A DNA stretch of 64,000 nucleotides from the NCBI GenBank assembly GCA_044227805.1, contig JBGAWA010000003.1:16153-80152 (forward strand). Reading direction: 5' to 3'. Of this stretch, positions 19,022 to 29,432 are shown piece after piece (position 1 is the first letter of the stretch; each line of letters opens with the position of its first letter). The DNA is from Chitinophagales bacterium. Its GTDB lineage: Bacteria; Bacteroidota; Bacteroidia; Chitinophagales; UBA10324. Below the pieces are notes generated by a model that was given only the letters and a program-made list of their open reading frames with translations, had not been told where the DNA came from and ran no database searches. Both the position numbers and the translations under genes were made by a program.

Positions 19022-19609
19022 TTACATAGCTTCCGCCACAACTTCTTCCACCTCCGGAACCATACGTTTCAGCAAGCCTTCAATGCCGGCTTTCAGGGTG
19101 ATCATGGAAGACGGACAGCCACTGCAGGATCCCTGCAGCATTAATGTAACTTTTCCTTCATGAAACGATTTGAACTGAATGGCGCCGCCATCCATTTCAA
19201 CAGCCGGTTTCACATAGTTTTCCAGCATCTCTTTTATTTTGCTGATCACCGCCGACTCGTCCTGTACCGCCTCATTTCTGTTAGACGGCTTGAAATCTTT
19301 CGACAACACTTCCTTTTCCGCTTCGAGGTAGTTTTTTACAAATTCACGAAGCGAGGGAATGATCTCTGTCCATTCTGAGTCCGGCGTCTTGGTGACCGTC
19401 ACAAAATTGTTCATGATAAATACACCTTTCACAAAAGGAAACCCGAAGAGTTCCGTGGCCAAAGCTGAATCTTTTGCACTGGCTTCATCGGCAAAATCAG
19501 CCGAGCTATTGGCAAATAACATTACATCGGTAACAAACTTCATTGTTTCCGGGTTGGGCGTCATCTCGGTATAGACATCCACTATCTTTCTGTTCAGGGT
19601 AGTTTCCAT
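19022..19609 (-). CDS. NifU/Nfu-type Fe-S cluster scaffold protein
   Basis: Nfu_N-like N-terminus and a NifU C-terminal domain with the CSGC motif (LMLQGSCSGCPSS). Confidence 0.85.
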   Translation of the reverse strand: METTLNRKIVDVYTEMTPNPETMKFVTDVMLFANSSADFADEASAKDSALATELFGFPFVKGVFIMNNFVTVTKTPDSEWTEIIPSLREFVKNYLEAEKEVLSKDFKPSNRNEAVQDESAVISKIKEMLENYVKPAVEMDGGAIQFKSFHEGKVTLMLQGSCSGCPSSMITLKAGIEGLLKRMVPEVEEVVAEAM

Positions 19610-19746
19610 TGGCTAAAATTTAGGAACGGGAAGCAAAGTTAACAAAAAGGGGTGGAGGAAGGTTCAGCCCGGCGAAAGACAGTTTACGCCCGGCGCAGTG
19701 GGTACCTGCATTATTCATCGTATCAGGCTGTATAATTCTCCTACTT

Positions 19747-20856
19747 TTGGAAAACCATTTAGACAGCACCTTGAAAAATAAAAGAAAGAAACCTTACCGC
19801 AAGCCACAAGCGCTTAAAAAAACGCCAGGACTGGCGCCGGGCAAAATCATCTATGTAGGGGATGACCGCACCGAACAGGTGAACATCACTGTAATTGATT
19901 ATGATTTGGATTTTTTTGAAGAAAGAACATCGCTTAGAGTGGAAGATTGTTTTCCATATCGTGATACGCCCAGCAATACCTGGATCAATGTGGACGGCAT
20001 TCACCAAACCGATGTAATCGAAAAAGTGGGAAAGCATTTTGGCATCAATACCCTGGTGCTCGAAGATGTGGTGAATACCAACTCTCGGCCTAAAATTGAT
20101 GACTTTAAGGACTATGCATTCATTGTGTTGAAAATGTTGACATACGATACGGCGAAGCACAACCTCAATATCGAACAGGTAAGTCTGGTGCTGGGGAAAA
20201 ATTTTGTGATTTCCTTCCAGGAAAATGAAGGGGATCTGTTCAACAGTATCCGTGTGCGACTCAGGGATGCTGATTCGCGCATCCGTAAGTATGGCTCTGA
20301 TTACCTGGCTTATTGCCTGATGGATAAAATCGTGGATGAATATTTTATCATCATCGAATCAATGGGAACAGAACTGGAAGACATGGAGGATGAGGTGTCG
20401 GGCAATCCGACAAAAGAATTTTTGCAACGGTACAATGACCTGAAACAAAATGGCATTTACCTGAGGAAGTCAGTATGGCCCTTGCGCGAAGTGATTAATT
20501 ACATGCTGCGCGGTGATATGACGCTGATTAAAGCGGAAGTGCTTCCTTACTTCCGTGATCTGTATGATCACACCATCCAGGTAATTGATACCACAGAAAC
20601 ATACCGTGACCTGTTTTCAGATATCATGGATCTCTATCTCAGTACGTTGAGCCTGAAAATGAATGAAGTGATGAAGGTGCTGACTATTATCTCCACCATT
20701 TTTATTCCACTCACATTTATTGTCGGAGTTTATGGAATGAACTTTAAAGTGATGCCGGAACTTGACTGGCAGTACGGGTATTATACGGTCTGGGGCGTAA
20801 TGGCGGTGATAGCGGTGTTTATGATCTATTATTTCAGAAAGAAGAATTGGTTCTAA
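19747..20856 (+). CDS. corA: Magnesium/cobalt transporter CorA
   Basis: C-terminal two TM helices with the signature YGMNF motif. 369 aa. TTG start as given in the track. Confidence 0.9.
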   Translation: MENHLDSTLKNKRKKPYRKPQALKKTPGLAPGKIIYVGDDRTEQVNITVIDYDLDFFEERTSLRVEDCFPYRDTPSNTWINVDGIHQTDVIEKVGKHFGINTLVLEDVVNTNSRPKIDDFKDYAFIVLKMLTYDTAKHNLNIEQVSLVLGKNFVISFQENEGDLFNSIRVRLRDADSRIRKYGSDYLAYCLMDKIVDEYFIIIESMGTELEDMEDEVSGNPTKEFLQRYNDLKQNGIYLRKSVWPLREVINYMLRGDMTLIKAEVLPYFRDLYDHTIQVIDTTETYRDLFSDIMDLYLSTLSLKMNEVMKVLTIISTIFIPLTFIVGVYGMNFKVMPELDWQYGYYTVWGVMAVIAVFMIYYFRKKNWF

Positions 20857-20924
20857 CCAGAATTTTGGCAAAGGAAAATCATGGTCTGAAAGCGTTTTCA
20901 TAAAGCGTCTTATGACAAATGTTT

Positions 20925-21416
20925 TTACTGTTCAGGATGCATGAAATTTTTCACGGCTTCCCACACCATCTCCGGCTCATAACCCTTGCGAATCAGGTAA
21001 GCGGATAGTTTTTGCTGCCGCACCTGATTTGTTCCGCTTTTTATCAGCGTTGATTTCTTTTTAAGTTCCCGGGATAGCGTTTTTTCATATTCACCCGCTT
21101 CAATTTCTTTCATCGCTTTATTGATACAATAGGCAGCCACTCCCTTTAGCTTCAGCGCCTGGATGATTTTGTTTCTTCCCCAACCTTTCATCCTGAATTT
21201 TCCACGAGCATAGGCCAGGGCAAACCGCTCTTCATTTAAAAAATTCTCTTCAATAAGCGTCACGATAATATTCTCCAGCACAATGCCACGCTGACCGGTT
21301 TCCAGCAATTTATGGCGTACCTCCTGCTGACTGCGTTCCTGGTAAGCACAATACTTGCGCAAGCGCTCCAGTGCCTGTTGAGGGGTGAGATTTTTTTTTC
21401 CGGGTACGGCCTTCAT
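20925..21416 (-). CDS. recX: RecA regulator RecX
   Basis: Three-helix repeats (ALERLRKYCAYQERSQQEVRHKL...). I moved the start to the ATG at 21416 (MKAVPGKK). Confidence 0.8.
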   Translation of the reverse strand: MKAVPGKKNLTPQQALERLRKYCAYQERSQQEVRHKLLETGQRGIVLENIIVTLIEENFLNEERFALAYARGKFRMKGWGRNKIIQALKLKGVAAYCINKAMKEIEAGEYEKTLSRELKKKSTLIKSGTNQVRQQKLSAYLIRKGYEPEMVWEAVKNFMHPEQ

Positions 21417-21536
21417 GATGACAGTGTTGTCAAGCAACAGGATTAATATATGGAACAAACGGAATTCCCCTGTTTCCTGTTTAAGGAGAGCTTCATCAGT
21501 AAATATCTACCGGTATGCCATAACCTGTAACCCATC

Positions 21537-23834
21537 TCAATTCACCATCAGTAACTTGGCGACACAGGTAACAGATCCATCTTCATTGGAGGCCATAACG
21601 AGGTACACACCTGTTTTGGCACGCTGGCCATTGTAATCGTTTCCATCCCAGATCACTTGTCCTCCCAGTGCATTGGTCCGGTAGATGAGGTTGCCTTCAG
21701 CATCGGTTATTTTCACTTCCGCATTATTCACCACGTGGCTGATGGCAATCGGACCTGTATAGTTTTCGCGCACAGGATTGGGAAACACAACAGGTTCACA
21801 ACTATTTACTGAGCCGGCAGTGGCATCACTCCGGTAAACCATGATGCCTTTTTCAGTGCCGATATACACTTCGCCGGTGGTATTGTCAATATCAAGCGCT
21901 GTTATATAGTCAGAAAGCAGCGGGCTGTTTTCCGTCGTGAAATGAAGAATCTCCTGCGTGCCATCTTCCGAAAAGAGCCACACCCCATTGTCGGTGGCAA
22001 ACCATTTCCGGTTGGCACCATCCACCGCAATCTTTTTCACGTTTTCAGTGCCTAATAAATAACCGTTGTATCCATCAGCAGCTGTAATTACAATCTGTTG
22101 TGCATCGCAGGGGAACTCGGAGAAGATATCGCCCGGGCAATAATAAACGGTGACACCCTGATCAGTGCCCACCCAGATATTTCCATCTTTATCTGTAGCC
22201 AGGCAGTTAACATTTTGAGAAGGCAGGTTACCCTGTCCGGGACCGGTGATCAGTTTGCGGTACTGATCATCCGACTTGTTTTCCAGGTCGCTGCCATAGT
22301 TGAAGACCATGATGCCTTGCCTGGGAAGAACAAACCATGCCTGATCGTACTGATCAAAAGTCAATTGCAAAACCCATTGCTGATCGATGGGGAAGGTGGG
22401 CTCAAAACTCAACCACTGATCATTTGCGGTCTTTACGCAGATAGGACTCAGTGAACCAAAGTTCGCGGCCCATAAGTTTCCAAAGCGGTCAAAAGCGATG
22501 TCGGTGACCTTCACCCTTGCGATGTCACCATTGGCTCCGGTGAGCGAGCTGTTCTCCGACGTGAATTGATTGACGATTCCCAATGCGTCATCATATTCAA
22601 ACATGCCCAGCCATAAGCTGCCAAAGTATGCATGATTGTTGGCTGCGTTCACCGTCACGCACACTATGTCAAAGGAATCTTTCAGTATCGGCGTATTATT
22701 GACATCATAGGATGACCATTCATCGTCTATACGGACAAAAAAGCCGCTGCGGTTATAGACAAATCCATACGATGCATTGTAGCCCCCCGGTGCAACATAG
22801 AGATTGTTCGTACTGCTGTTTACGGCAAGATCAAACACGCTGGAAGTACTGGGCCCATTCGGATACAGTACTTCGGTATAACCATTTGAAACTTTTTTCA
22901 GCCCTTCATAAAGATCAGCGATCCACAAAGCATCTCCATCTTCAATGGCCTGATAGGGTTGACCGCTGTACATCGAATCCAGGACCCCGGAAGTATTCAT
23001 CGTCATCACCCGTGTACCGGACGTACCGATTTGCGACATCACCAGTTTTGTTTTGCCAGGTTCCATCTTGCGCACCGGATATCCCTGCCGGATAAGGCTG
23101 ACGGACCAGGTATCATCTTGTTGTTTAAATAAGGTGTCACCTTTTGCTGCGTAAACCGATCCGTTGAAATAGGCAATGTCAGCATAGTTTCCCCCCGCCA
23201 GGCCATCATCAGTTGTGAAGGTGTACCAGCTTCTGAAATCAACCAAGGTCGGATCATTCAGTTGCCCGCGAAGGATGCCGGCGGTTGTGGCAGCATACAA
23301 GTAGGTACCATCGCAAGTGAGGTCATTGACCTGCAGGTTGGCCCCATTCACGCCAATGTAATAGGTATCTTTGATTTCGTATTTTATTACGTCAAGCACT
23401 ACAATCCCAAAACCACAACACAGATAGGCATAATCGCCGTAGAGGTAAACACCATAAATGGATTTGTCTCCAACAATACTTTTGCGCTTGATATCTGAAA
23501 TGTTATATACTTCTCCGTCTTTGATTATATCAATATTGCTGTTGAGGTAGCAGATGAGCAATTGATTATGCGGTTTATCATACATCACAAGATTCGACTG
23601 AATATCGGAAAGACCGCTAACCGTTGTGAGTGCTTCCATGGCATTGTCGCTTTTATCAACGGCATATACGGTAAGCTCCGTGGCGCAATAGATCTTGTTT
23701 TCAGAAGCAGTCACACCAATCGCATTTCGGTACGGCAACTCTGTCTGCCATTGACCTAACGCCAGTGGCTGAGCAGAGGAAAGGTGACAAAAGCCGGAAG
23801 CAAACAGGACAAATGGCAGTAAGAAATTTCTCAT
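21537..23834 (-). CDS. Double beta-propeller protein with a T9SS C-terminal domain, PorZ-like
   Basis: 765 aa. Signal peptide, Reg_prop-type propeller repeats throughout, and a CTD (FPNPVRENYTG...GVYLVMA...LLMVN). The size and architecture match P. gingivalis PorZ. The call rests on architecture only. Confidence 0.55.
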   Translation of the reverse strand: MRNFLLPFVLFASGFCHLSSAQPLALGQWQTELPYRNAIGVTASENKIYCATELTVYAVDKSDNAMEALTTVSGLSDIQSNLVMYDKPHNQLLICYLNSNIDIIKDGEVYNISDIKRKSIVGDKSIYGVYLYGDYAYLCCGFGIVVLDVIKYEIKDTYYIGVNGANLQVNDLTCDGTYLYAATTAGILRGQLNDPTLVDFRSWYTFTTDDGLAGGNYADIAYFNGSVYAAKGDTLFKQQDDTWSVSLIRQGYPVRKMEPGKTKLVMSQIGTSGTRVMTMNTSGVLDSMYSGQPYQAIEDGDALWIADLYEGLKKVSNGYTEVLYPNGPSTSSVFDLAVNSSTNNLYVAPGGYNASYGFVYNRSGFFVRIDDEWSSYDVNNTPILKDSFDIVCVTVNAANNHAYFGSLWLGMFEYDDALGIVNQFTSENSSLTGANGDIARVKVTDIAFDRFGNLWAANFGSLSPICVKTANDQWLSFEPTFPIDQQWVLQLTFDQYDQAWFVLPRQGIMVFNYGSDLENKSDDQYRKLITGPGQGNLPSQNVNCLATDKDGNIWVGTDQGVTVYYCPGDIFSEFPCDAQQIVITAADGYNGYLLGTENVKKIAVDGANRKWFATDNGVWLFSEDGTQEILHFTTENSPLLSDYITALDIDNTTGEVYIGTEKGIMVYRSDATAGSVNSCEPVVFPNPVRENYTGPIAISHVVNNAEVKITDAEGNLIYRTNALGGQVIWDGNDYNGQRAKTGVYLVMASNEDGSVTCVAKLLMVN

Positions 23835-23904
23835 GGTCGGTTAGCGAAAATAGAAAGAAATGATCAGAGGGAGTGAACGTGGTGTGCCCTGCTTTATTAC
23901 ATCT

Positions 23905-23962
23905 CCCTGCATTTTGCCAATCTGTATTGCCGCACATCGGTATTTTTCAATTCAAAATACCG
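23905..23962 (+). repeat. Short member of the repeat family: a CCCTGCATTTTGCC tip plus the hairpin CGGTATTTT-tcaattc-AAAATACCG
   Basis: The sequence resembles the CCCRCATTTTGCA tip and the terminal hairpin of the long copies. It lies in the divergent intergenic region between the PorZ-like gene and ileS. Confidence 0.45.
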
Positions 23963-24274
23963 GATAAATCCACCCCTCTTTCGTATCGTCAATACACCCT
24001 CATTCAGAAAATTCAAGCAAAGCATACTTGAATGAAAGCACGGTGGAAAGAAGAGCGCCATTACCGATGGCAGTAATGAAGGGCACGCAATTTTGAATGG
24101 TTTCTGCGCTTGTCAGTGGCACATGCATCCCGACCTTCTTTTTGTAACTTCGCCCACTTTTTATCTTACATATTGATGTCGTGATGATGACATGGAACAA
24201 AAGATAACAAAGCGGGACATCATAGAGCTTGACTGTTCCGGCAACAAAAGACCGAATGCATAAATGATTTGCAT

Positions 24275-27200
24275 ATGACCAATAGCTATCCCGAGTATAA
24301 ATCACTCGACCTTGCCGGCATCGATAAAGAGATACATCAGTTCTGGAAGGAAGAGCAGATTTTTGAAAAAAGCGTCTCGTCCCGTAAAGGAAAGACACCG
24401 TACATTTTTTATGACGGGCCTCCTTCGGCCAATGGTCGTCCAGGCATCCACCACGTGATCTCCCGTACGATAAAGGATCTGTTTTGCCGCTATAAGACGC
24501 TGAAGGGCTTTGAAGTGAAGCGCAAAGCCGGATGGGATACACACGGATTGCCGGTTGAATTGGCGGTGGAGAAATTGCTGGGAATTCGTAAAGATGATAT
24601 CGGTAAAAAAATATCCGTTGAAGAATACAACCGGATCTGTAAGGAGGAAGTGCTGAAGTATAAAGATGTGTGGGAAGACCTTACCAGGAAAATGGGTTAT
24701 TGGCTTGATCTTGATCATCCCTATATCACCTTTGAAACAGATTATATTGAAACACTGTGGTGGCTGTTGAAACAGTTTCACACAAAAGGGTATCTGTATG
24801 AAGGATATTCGATTCAGCCGTATTCACCGGCCGCCGGAACGGGACTCAGCAGTCATGAACTGAATCAGCCGGGAACCTATAAGCCTTTGCGCGATACATC
24901 CGTTGTCGCACAGTTCAAAATAGATCCCCACTCACTGGCAAAAAGCGCTTTGGCACAATTTGTTGCTGAGGGTAGTCCGTGCTATTTTCTCGCATGGACC
25001 ACCACGCCGTGGACGTTACCATCCAATTGCGCGCTGGCAATAGGTGAAAAAATCACCTATTCACTGATCAGGACGTTTAATCCTTACACTTACCAGGAAG
25101 TTATTCTCATACTGGCAAAAGAGCTGATCGGTAAATATTTTCCTGAAAAAAATGCCTCTCTGCATTGGGAAGACTATAAACCGGGCAATAAGGATATCCC
25201 CTTTGCGATCCTTGGCGATATAAAAGGAAAGCAACTGGAAGGGATCATCTATGAGCAGCTCATGCCTTATGTGCAACCTGCCGGCGATGCTTTTAAGGTG
25301 ATTGCGGGTGACTTTGTCACGATCGAAGACGGGACCGGTATCGTGCATATTGCACCCAGCTTTGGTGCGGATGATTTTCGAGTCGCTAAAAAATATGGTA
25401 TTGGTGCACTGACGCTGGTGGATAAACGCGGTAGGTTTGTTCCGGAAGTAACAGACTTTGCCAATGAATTTGTGAAGGAGCAATATCTCACCGATGAAGA
25501 GAAAGCCGCGGAAACAAAGAAGCAGGGACGCGATAAATATCTTTCCGTGGATGAAAGAATCGCCATCAAGTTAAAGCAGGAAAACAAGGCTTTTAAAGTC
25601 GAAAAATTCGAACACAGTTACCCGCATTGCTGGCGCACCGACAAGCCCATTCTTTATTATCCGCTCGATTCCTGGTTCATCAGGACAACTGCCGCCCGTG
25701 ACAGGCTGATTGAACTCAATAAATCCATCAACTGGAAACCGGATTCAACCGGCACCGGCCGTTTTGGCAACTGGCTGGAGAATTTGCAGGACTGGAACTT
25801 ATCGCGTTCAAGGTTTTGGGGTACTCCGCTGCCGGTCTGGATCACCGATGACCGTTCCGAAGAATGCTGCATCGGCTCCATTGAAGAACTCACCTTAGAG
25901 TTTGAGAAGGCAAAAGCCGCCGGGTTCAATCAAACATTATCGCCTGAAATCAAAGATGGCAAACTGTATATTGATTTACATAAGCCCTTTGTGGACGAAA
26001 TCGTGCTGCTTTCGCCTTCCGGCAAACCGATGAAACGGGTACCTGACCTGATTGATGTATGGTTCGACTCAGGAGCCATGCCGTATGCACAATTGCACTA
26101 CCCATTTGAAAACAAGGACTCGCTTTACGAAAATTTTCCTGCCGACTACATTGCAGAAGGCGTTGATCAGACAAGAGGCTGGTTTTTCACCCTGCATGTG
26201 ATTGCAGTTATGCTCTTTGATTCCGTGGCATTTAAAAACGTGATTGCCAATGGACTGGTACTCGATAAATTCGGCAATAAGATGTCGAAGAGGCTGGGCA
26301 ATATCGTGGAACCATTTGAAACACTGAAACAGTTTGGCGCAGATGCCACGCGCTGGTACCTCATCAGCAATGCGCAACCCTGGGACAACCTGAAGTTTGA
26401 CAGCAATGGAATTGACGAAGTGCGCAGAAAGCTTTTTGGAACACTCTATAATACCTATGCATTCTTTGCCCTATACGCCAATATTGATGGATTTACCTAC
26501 CGTGAAAAAGAAGTTCCGGTGGCTCAACGGCCGGAGATCGATCGTTGGATCCTTTCCTTGCTGAACTCGCTGGTGAAGGAGGCGGCCTCCGCTTATGAAG
26601 ATTATGAACCAACAAAAGCGGCAAGGGCTATTCAGATATTTGTAGATGAGCACCTCAGCAACTGGTATGTAAGGCTTTGCCGGCGCCGTTTCTGGAAAGG
26701 TGACTATGAGGAAGATAAGATAGCGGCCTATCAGACACTCTATACCTGTTTGGAAACGCTTACACAACTCATGTCGCCCATATCACCCTTTTTTACTGAT
26801 TGGCTGTTCAGGAACCTCAACGGCGTTACAGGCAGAAGACAAGAACCTTCTGTTCATCTCACCGCTTTTCCGGAGTTCCATAGTAGCCTGGTTGACAAAC
26901 AGTTGGAAGAGCGTATGCAACTCGCGCAGGATATCTCCTCTCTTGTGCTTTCACTCCGAAAAAAGGTGAATATCAAGGTGCGTCAGCCCCTAAGCCGAAT
27001 CATGGTTCCTTATTCCGGAGATGCATTCAGGGTGCAGTTGCTCAAGGTAAGAGAACTGATACTGTCGGAAGTGAATGTCAAGGAACTTGACTTCGTTACC
27101 GATACCTCAGGACTCGTAACCAAAAAAGTGAAACCCAATTTTAAGTTGCTTGGAGCCCGGCTTGGAAAGAGGATGAAAGCCGTGAGCGAACAATTGCTGA

Positions 27201-27643
27201 CACTCCATCAGGATCAGATTCAGATGCTTGAGCTGGAAGGGTTTGTTGAATTAATACTTGATAATGAAGCTGTTGTGGTTAATCTTTCGGAATTGGAGGT
27301 GATTTCCGAAGACATTCCGGGCTGGCAGGTGGCCAATCAGGGCGACCTGACGGTAGCACTGGATGTAACCATCACCCCCACGTTGCAGGAAGAAGGCCAT
27401 GCCCGTGAACTCGTTAACAGGATCCAGAAATTGAGAAAAGATATGGGGCTGAACGTCACCGATCGCATTGCCGTTTTTATCGGGCAAAGTGAGGCAATAA
27501 ATTCAGCGGTAATGAATTTTAAAAACTATATTTGCGCCGAAATTTTAGCCGATACCTTAGAATTAGTTGATTCACTGACAGATGCAACATCTGTTGAGGT
27601 GAATGATTTTCAGGTGAAGGTAATTGTCAAACAAAAAAAGTGA
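24275..27643 (+). CDS. ileS: Isoleucine--tRNA ligase
   Basis: Class I HIGH motif (PSANGRPGIHH) and KMSKS motif (GNKMSKRLGN). About 1120 aa. I chose the ATG at 24275. Confidence 0.95.
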   Translation: MTNSYPEYKSLDLAGIDKEIHQFWKEEQIFEKSVSSRKGKTPYIFYDGPPSANGRPGIHHVISRTIKDLFCRYKTLKGFEVKRKAGWDTHGLPVELAVEKLLGIRKDDIGKKISVEEYNRICKEEVLKYKDVWEDLTRKMGYWLDLDHPYITFETDYIETLWWLLKQFHTKGYLYEGYSIQPYSPAAGTGLSSHELNQPGTYKPLRDTSVVAQFKIDPHSLAKSALAQFVAEGSPCYFLAWTTTPWTLPSNCALAIGEKITYSLIRTFNPYTYQEVILILAKELIGKYFPEKNASLHWEDYKPGNKDIPFAILGDIKGKQLEGIIYEQLMPYVQPAGDAFKVIAGDFVTIEDGTGIVHIAPSFGADDFRVAKKYGIGALTLVDKRGRFVPEVTDFANEFVKEQYLTDEEKAAETKKQGRDKYLSVDERIAIKLKQENKAFKVEKFEHSYPHCWRTDKPILYYPLDSWFIRTTAARDRLIELNKSINWKPDSTGTGRFGNWLENLQDWNLSRSRFWGTPLPVWITDDRSEECCIGSIEELTLEFEKAKAAGFNQTLSPEIKDGKLYIDLHKPFVDEIVLLSPSGKPMKRVPDLIDVWFDSGAMPYAQLHYPFENKDSLYENFPADYIAEGVDQTRGWFFTLHVIAVMLFDSVAFKNVIANGLVLDKFGNKMSKRLGNIVEPFETLKQFGADATRWYLISNAQPWDNLKFDSNGIDEVRRKLFGTLYNTYAFFALYANIDGFTYREKEVPVAQRPEIDRWILSLLNSLVKEAASAYEDYEPTKAARAIQIFVDEHLSNWYVRLCRRRFWKGDYEEDKIAAYQTLYTCLETLTQLMSPISPFFTDWLFRNLNGVTGRRQEPSVHLTAFPEFHSSLVDKQLEERMQLAQDISSLVLSLRKKVNIKVRQPLSRIMVPYSGDAFRVQLLKVRELILSEVNVKELDFVTDTSGLVTKKVKPNFKLLGARLGKRMKAVSEQLLTLHQDQIQMLELEGFVELILDNEAVVVNLSELEVISEDIPGWQVANQGDLTVALDVTITPTLQEEGHARELVNRIQKLRKDMGLNVTDRIAVFIGQSEAINSAVMNFKNYICAEILADTLELVDSLTDATSVEVNDFQVKVIVKQKK

Positions 27644-27651
27644 ACGTGAAC

Positions 27652-28401
27652 ATGGCAAAGAGCAAAAAAAAGGTTGCCAACAAGCCCTTGAAGAAGTCAG
27701 CCGCTCCTAAGAAGAAACCTGTTGCTAAAAAGGTGGTGAAGCAAGCATCAAAAAAAGCTAAACCGGCTCCGAAAAAGCAAGCAAAGCCGGTTGCAAAAAA
27801 GGCAAAGGCTGTTGTAAAACATGTTTCTAAACCTGTTCACAAAGCAACTGCAAAGTCATCGAAGAAGAAGGTGGTGAAAGCAGTTATTGTAAAGAAGCCG
27901 GCGAAAGCCGAGGCGAAGCCTCTTATAAAACCAACGGCTAAAATAACTCCACAGGTTCGTGGCAAAGAAGTGGTAAAACCGATTGTGAGAAAATCTATTC
28001 AGCCTGCAAAGAAAAAGGAGTTGGAATTGAGAACACGCTATAGTGATGATGAATTGGCAGAGTTCAAGGTGCTGATCCAGGATAAACTGGAAGCTGCAAA
28101 AAAGGAATTGAAATACCTGCAGGACCAGATCAACCGCAAGGATGACAATGGTACTGATGACACGGAAAATAAGTTTGCTTCCTCGGATGACGGATCCAGC
28201 AGCATGGAACGGGAATATCTCAATCAGATGGCAGCGCGTCAGATCATGTATTTAGATCATCTTGATAAAGCCCTGGTACGCATCCAAAACAAGACATATG
28301 GCATTTGCCGCGTAACAGGTAAGCTGATTGAAAAGGAACGCCTCAAATCTGTTCCGCACGCCACGCTGAGTATGGAGGCTAAACTGATGCAATCACATTA
28401 G
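27652..28401 (+). CDS. DksA/TraR-family protein with a ~120-aa lysine/alanine-rich (histone H1-like) N-terminal extension
   Basis: The C-terminal coiled coil plus YGICRVTGKLIEKERLKSVPHATLS matches the Bacteroidota DksA/TraR pattern, in which only one Cys of the C4 finger is retained. The N-terminal part consists of KKxxAKK repeats. Confidence 0.75.
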   Translation: MAKSKKKVANKPLKKSAAPKKKPVAKKVVKQASKKAKPAPKKQAKPVAKKAKAVVKHVSKPVHKATAKSSKKKVVKAVIVKKPAKAEAKPLIKPTAKITPQVRGKEVVKPIVRKSIQPAKKKELELRTRYSDDELAEFKVLIQDKLEAAKKELKYLQDQINRKDDNGTDDTENKFASSDDGSSSMEREYLNQMAARQIMYLDHLDKALVRIQNKTYGICRVTGKLIEKERLKSVPHATLSMEAKLMQSH

Positions 28402-28409
28402 TCGCTCGC

Positions 28410-29063
28410 TTGAAGTACCTGCGCCCCGTTCTTGTTATCCTATCAGTATTGATCATCGACCAATCACTGAAGTTTTGGGTGAAGTTGACTTTTGCCTATA
28501 CAGAGAGTCTTCGCATTACCAGCTGGTTTTACCTCTATTTTATTGAAAACGAAGGAATGGCCTTTGGCTGGTCGCTGGGTGGCGAATGGGGGAAGTTGCT
28601 GCTAAGCCTCTTCAGGCTTGCTGCTGTCTTCCTGATTGGCTATTACCTCGTAAGGCTGGTGAAGCACAAGGCGCATCCCGGGTTTATTACTGCTATTTCC
28701 TTTATCATGGCAGGCGCAATCGGTAATATCCTTGATTCCGTCTTTTACGGAAAGATTTTCTCTTCCAGTACCGTAAAATCTGCGGCGGCCTTGTTTCCTG
28801 CAGAAGGTGGTTATGCCGGATGGCTTCATGGCCGCGTGGTCGATATGTTGTACTTTCCTTTGTATGATGGCTTTATTCCGTCATGGGTTCCTTTTTGGGG
28901 TGGCGAATACATTATTTTTTTCAGGCCTATCTTTAATATCGCTGATGCCTCCATCACCACCGGCGTGCTGTTGATCATCCTGTTTCAAAAGCGTTTTTTT
29001 AAACCGAAACAGAAGATGGAAAACAGGGAACCTGCCCATGAACCTGATGCCATCCCAAAATAA
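28410..29063 (+). CDS. lspA: Lipoprotein signal peptidase (signal peptidase II)
   Basis: Four TM helices. Conserved NxGxAFG-like motif (NEGMAFGW) and FNIAD motif. The ileS-dksA-lspA order is conserved. Confidence 0.88.
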   Translation: MKYLRPVLVILSVLIIDQSLKFWVKLTFAYTESLRITSWFYLYFIENEGMAFGWSLGGEWGKLLLSLFRLAAVFLIGYYLVRLVKHKAHPGFITAISFIMAGAIGNILDSVFYGKIFSSSTVKSAAALFPAEGGYAGWLHGRVVDMLYFPLYDGFIPSWVPFWGGEYIIFFRPIFNIADASITTGVLLIILFQKRFFKPKQKMENREPAHEPDAIPK

Positions 29064-29207
29064 ATCCGGTGTTTTCTGCTGGAAAGTGCTTGCTTAAAAA
29101 TGAGAAGATATTTGGTTAAGACTAATTTAAAACCTGCATTATTCTGATCCGTTTCGCTTGAGGACTAACCAGCATCAGGCAACAGTGGTATAAATCTGAT
29201 CCCATTA

Positions 29208-29368
29208 AACCCGCATTTTGCATTTCAAAATGGCAACGGTAATAACCCCTTGTAGCACCGCTTAGGGTTTATGAAACATTTTATTCACAGGTAATAATGA
29301 GCAAACCCTTAGCTGGTCTCATTTTTAGCGAAGAGCGATTTTAGCATTGAAATATCCCTGCTAAAAAT
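29208..29368 (+). repeat. Diverged long copy of the hairpin-ended repeat family (copy D)
   Basis: It aligns end to end with copy A (aaacccgcattttgca...ggcaacgg...cttagggttt.tgaaacatttt...gagcaaacccttagc...agcgaag). Its terminal hairpin has a changed sequence but is still self-complementary (ATTTTAGC...GCTAAAAT). Confidence 0.75.
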
Positions 29369-29432
29369 ACCTTTGCCACTTTTCATAGTAATTGTACCTT
29401 TGAAATTCATTCACTTCAATCAACCGCATCCC

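Noticed and set aside
24000-24542. 180-aa minus-strand ORF overlapping the ileS 5' end.
   Set aside because: It overlaps the well-supported ileS start. It has an R/C/S-rich odd composition and no motif.
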